Origin: Paraspadella gotoi
Lineage: Eukaryota > Animalia > Chaetognatha
Length of the DNA: 41,200 nucleotides
Direction: 5' to 3'
Assembly (NCBI GenBank): GCA_051294375.1
Contig: CM119266.1
Coordinates: 12,276,894-12,318,093 of the forward strand
Shown: positions 38,468 to 41,200 of the stretch, piece by piece
Layout of the letters: every line of letters begins with the position of its first letter
Position numbering within the stretch: the stretch's first letter is position 1
Made by a program: the position numbers and the translations under genes
The notes under the pieces: model-generated
What the model saw: only the letters and a program-made list of their open reading frames with translations
Database searches by the model: none
Told to the model about the DNA's origin: nothing

Positions 38468-38676
38468 ATCGAAACTCGACCCCGATTCGTTTTTCCCTTC
38501 GGATCCTCGTTCTTCCTCTGATCATCGTCATCCTCATCATCATCGTTCGACGGGGTTCGTCGCCAACGCCCGCAGCGGCACGCCCACAGTCCCGACCGCT
38601 CCGCCGCGGCCGTCCGCCAGAGGCGCCGGAGGAGGAAAGGAAAATCCTCGAGTCGGTGGAGGAAAGGAAATCGAAG
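38468..38676 (+). CDS. Host-gene exon
   Basis: Pyrimidine tract plus CAG, phase 2 in: SKLDPDSFFPSDPRSSSDHRHPHHHRS...PTAPPRPS...GKEIE, donor G|GTAAGA. Confidence 0.7.
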
Positions 38677-39524
38677 GTAAGATAGAGGAAAATAAAAAAA
38701 AGAGGAGAGAAAAATGGAGGAGATAAAATAAGGAAACAGAAATTTAGGAAAAAAGAAAAATTGGGGAAATTTAGTTGGAAAGAAAGATTGTCTCCCTTTA
38801 TATTTATTTCCTTCAGCGCTTCCCTTTTTTTCTTTTTCGGTTCCACCTCTTTCTTCTTTTTTTGTTTTTTCCATTAATTCAAGTTTTTGTCTGTGTCTCT
38901 CTCTCTCTCTTTCTCNNNNNNNNNNNNNNNNNNNNNNNNNNNNNNNNNNNNNNNNNNNNNNNNNNNNNNNNNNNNNNNNNNNNNNNNNNNNNNNNNNNNN
39001 NNNNNNNNNNNNNNNNNNNNNNNNNNNNNNNNNNNNNNNNNNNNNNNNNNNNNNNNNNNNNNNNNNNNNNNNNNNNNNNNNNNNNNNNNNNNNNNNNNNN
39101 NNNNNNNNNNNNTTTTTTTCTATCCCTTTCCCGCCATTTCGATTTTGACTTTTGCGCGCGAAATTTCGCTTTGCGGTTTTATTCCTATCTTTTCGCTCGA
39201 GAGATCTGGCGTCTGGTTATCGAGATGGCTTAAACGGGTAGGGGGTAGTCGTTTTTTTTCGAAAGGTAGGGGTTAGTTCTAAGCTAGGGGGGTCAGTAAT
39301 TCGCTTCTTCGATCGAATTTTCTCGTCTGATCGCGAGAGACTTGCGTCCGGTAGCTCGCCCCNNNNNNNNNNNNNNNNNNNNNNNNNNNNNNNNNNNNNN
39401 NNNNNNNNNNNNNNNNNNNNNNNNNNNNNNNNNNNNNNNNNNNNNNNNNNNNNNNNNNNNNNNNNNNNNNNNNNNNNNNNNNNNNNNNNNNNNNNNNNNN
39501 NNNNNNNNNNNNNNNNNNNNNNNN

Positions 39525-39945
39525 TCACGCGCCGCCTTCCTCCCCCTCTTCCCCTCAACGCGAAACGCGCCGGTTTCAGCGCGTCTGCTCTCGACCTTAC
39601 CCGAGACCTTACCCTCGGTCTCCCGACCCGCGAACTCTCCCGCGCCGTCGACTGCGACGTCGGCATTAAAACTTACCACGCCAGCTTCGTCGATTTATCC
39701 GCGCCGCCGCCCGAGACTTCGGTTCCACCCCGCGGCGGTCTTCCGCAGTCGTCGATCGGCGGGGGCGGCGTCTTTTCGTGCGTCACTTCCGGCGCCGCGG
39801 CGGCGTCGGTGACGTGGACGTCGCAGCGCCCGACGGTCTGCGCGGTGCCGACGGAGGCGCCGAGACTTCCGGTCATTAAGAGCGTCTCCGTGTGGAATCT
39901 TTCGTCGAAGGAAGGCGTTTATCATCAAATTCACAACAATAACAT
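39525..39945 (+). CDS. Host-gene exon, 5' end lost in N-gap
   Basis: Open frame TRRLPPPLPLNAKRAGFSASALDL...HASFVDL...KSVSVWNLSSKEGVYHQIHNNN, donor AT|GTGAGG (phase 2). Confidence 0.62.
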
Positions 39946-40197
39946 GTGAGGATGGATTACCGCATGCATTATTTTAAGCTCCGGTTTTTTTTTTTTTTTT
40001 TTTTTTTAAATTATATTTTTGAAATTAGAATTTTCACTTTTTTGTGACTTTTTGTTGATCAAAATTTAAAGCCGTTATTCGTCAGAGGACCAGTTTCCAA
40101 GACTCTCGACGTATTCGGTATTCCTATAAAAATATAAATGTATAAATTACAAACTACCAACAAACTAAATAACGTATATATGATCCTTCTCCTCCAG

Positions 40198-40335
40198 ATT
40201 GCAAAATCAAAAATCCAACTTTGGATCTCAGCCTCGCATCGACAGGAATTCCTTTTCTCCCCGTGGCACTCTCCCTAATTGGAAGCCGAACATGGGGGCC
40301 AATCAAAGCCAGCCGCCGCCCGGCGGATCCAACTG
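40198..40335 (+). CDS. Host-gene exon
   Basis: ccttctcctccag acceptor, 138 nt, phase 2-2: LQNQKSNFGSQPRIDRNSFSPRGTLPNWKPNMGANQSQPPPGGSN, donor TG|GTAAGG. Confidence 0.68.
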
Positions 40336-40630
40336 GTAAGGGTCGAATGGGGAAGGGGGCTTTGAGGGCAGGGGTGAGGGTTTTTAGAGAATTAGGGTGG
40401 GTAGGGTTTTAAGGGGAGAGTTAAGACGCGGCGGGGCACGATTGAGGTTTCGACGTGTGTGGGTTGAAAAAACAAACAGGATGGGGTCGCATTTTTACTC
40501 ACTTTTAAAATTGTTATAATTAGTGGGAGAAAGATATACATAATCGGAAATGTTTGGATTAATTTATTTTGTTTTTAAAAAAGCAAATGAAATTAATTTC
40601 TTATTGAAATGATCAAAATTTTTTTTGCAG

Positions 40631-41024
40631 CACCGCCCCTATCAAAAACCCTCGGCGTCAAAGTGCCGCCTCTACCGCTTCTTCTCGCCTCTCCTACCAC
40701 GAAAGCCTCGATCCTTCATTGGCGGAATTCTCGACCAATCAGAGGTCAGAATCTTCGACCAATCATCATCCGGATTCACGAAAGGCCTCGTCGACTGCGT
40801 CGCTGGCCTCGGACGTCTCCAAGTATTCTTCATGCCCCGGTTTGGCGCCCGCGCGCGGGTCGCGCAGCGGCGCCGCCTCGGGTGTTTCGACGACGTCTAG
40901 CGGCGCCGGCTCCAATCACGCGCTTTCGACGAGCCTGGATCTGCGGCGAATCTCCGAGGCGCCAGCCGAGGAAGAGCGTGCCGGTTTGGACGCTAAGAGA
41001 GAAACGGGATTCCATATCAGACAG
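40631..41024 (+). CDS. Host-gene exon; gene continues beyond the window
   Basis: ttttttgcag acceptor, phase 2 in: TAPIKNPRRQSAAST...RKASSTASLASDVSKYSSCPGL...ALSTSLDLRRISE...FHIRQ, donor CAG|GTAAGA. Confidence 0.75.
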
Positions 41025-41200
41025 GTAAGATGCCTTTTCAAGCCGGAGCCCTTTTTTGAAATTTTTTTGTTAATTAATACCAAAAACAGTATTAACACAA
41101 TAATCGGCACTCCTAGAGTAATGACAGAACTATTTCGTCAATTGTCATTAAAGTTTTCTTTATAAATAAAAAGACGAAAGTCTGAAAATTAAAACGTTGA

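Overview
AT-rich, CpG-rich eukaryotic DNA, probably from an invertebrate animal, in a draft assembly with 11 N-gaps and many (GA/TC)n and (TTTC)n microsatellites. The key locus is a compact 2-exon gene on the minus strand (29184-27988 and 27857-27477, 525 aa). It encodes an apparently intact 2'-5'-oligoadenylate synthetase (OAS-family nucleotidyltransferase) fused in the same exon to a Cys-rich N-terminus, one transmembrane helix and a Pro-rich linker, i.e. a predicted membrane-anchored OAS. It appears to be nested antisense in an intron of a large multi-exon plus-strand gene (exon candidates from about 23.9 kb to past the window end) encoding a disordered Ser/Arg/Pro-rich protein I cannot identify. 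The same intron holds a 118-bp-arm inverted repeat. There is also one intact tRNA-Ala(CGC) and a ~6 kb tandem duplication (12.9-19.2 kb / 19.2-25.2 kb) whose indel pattern suggests an assembly artefact. All alignments and translations were done by eye.
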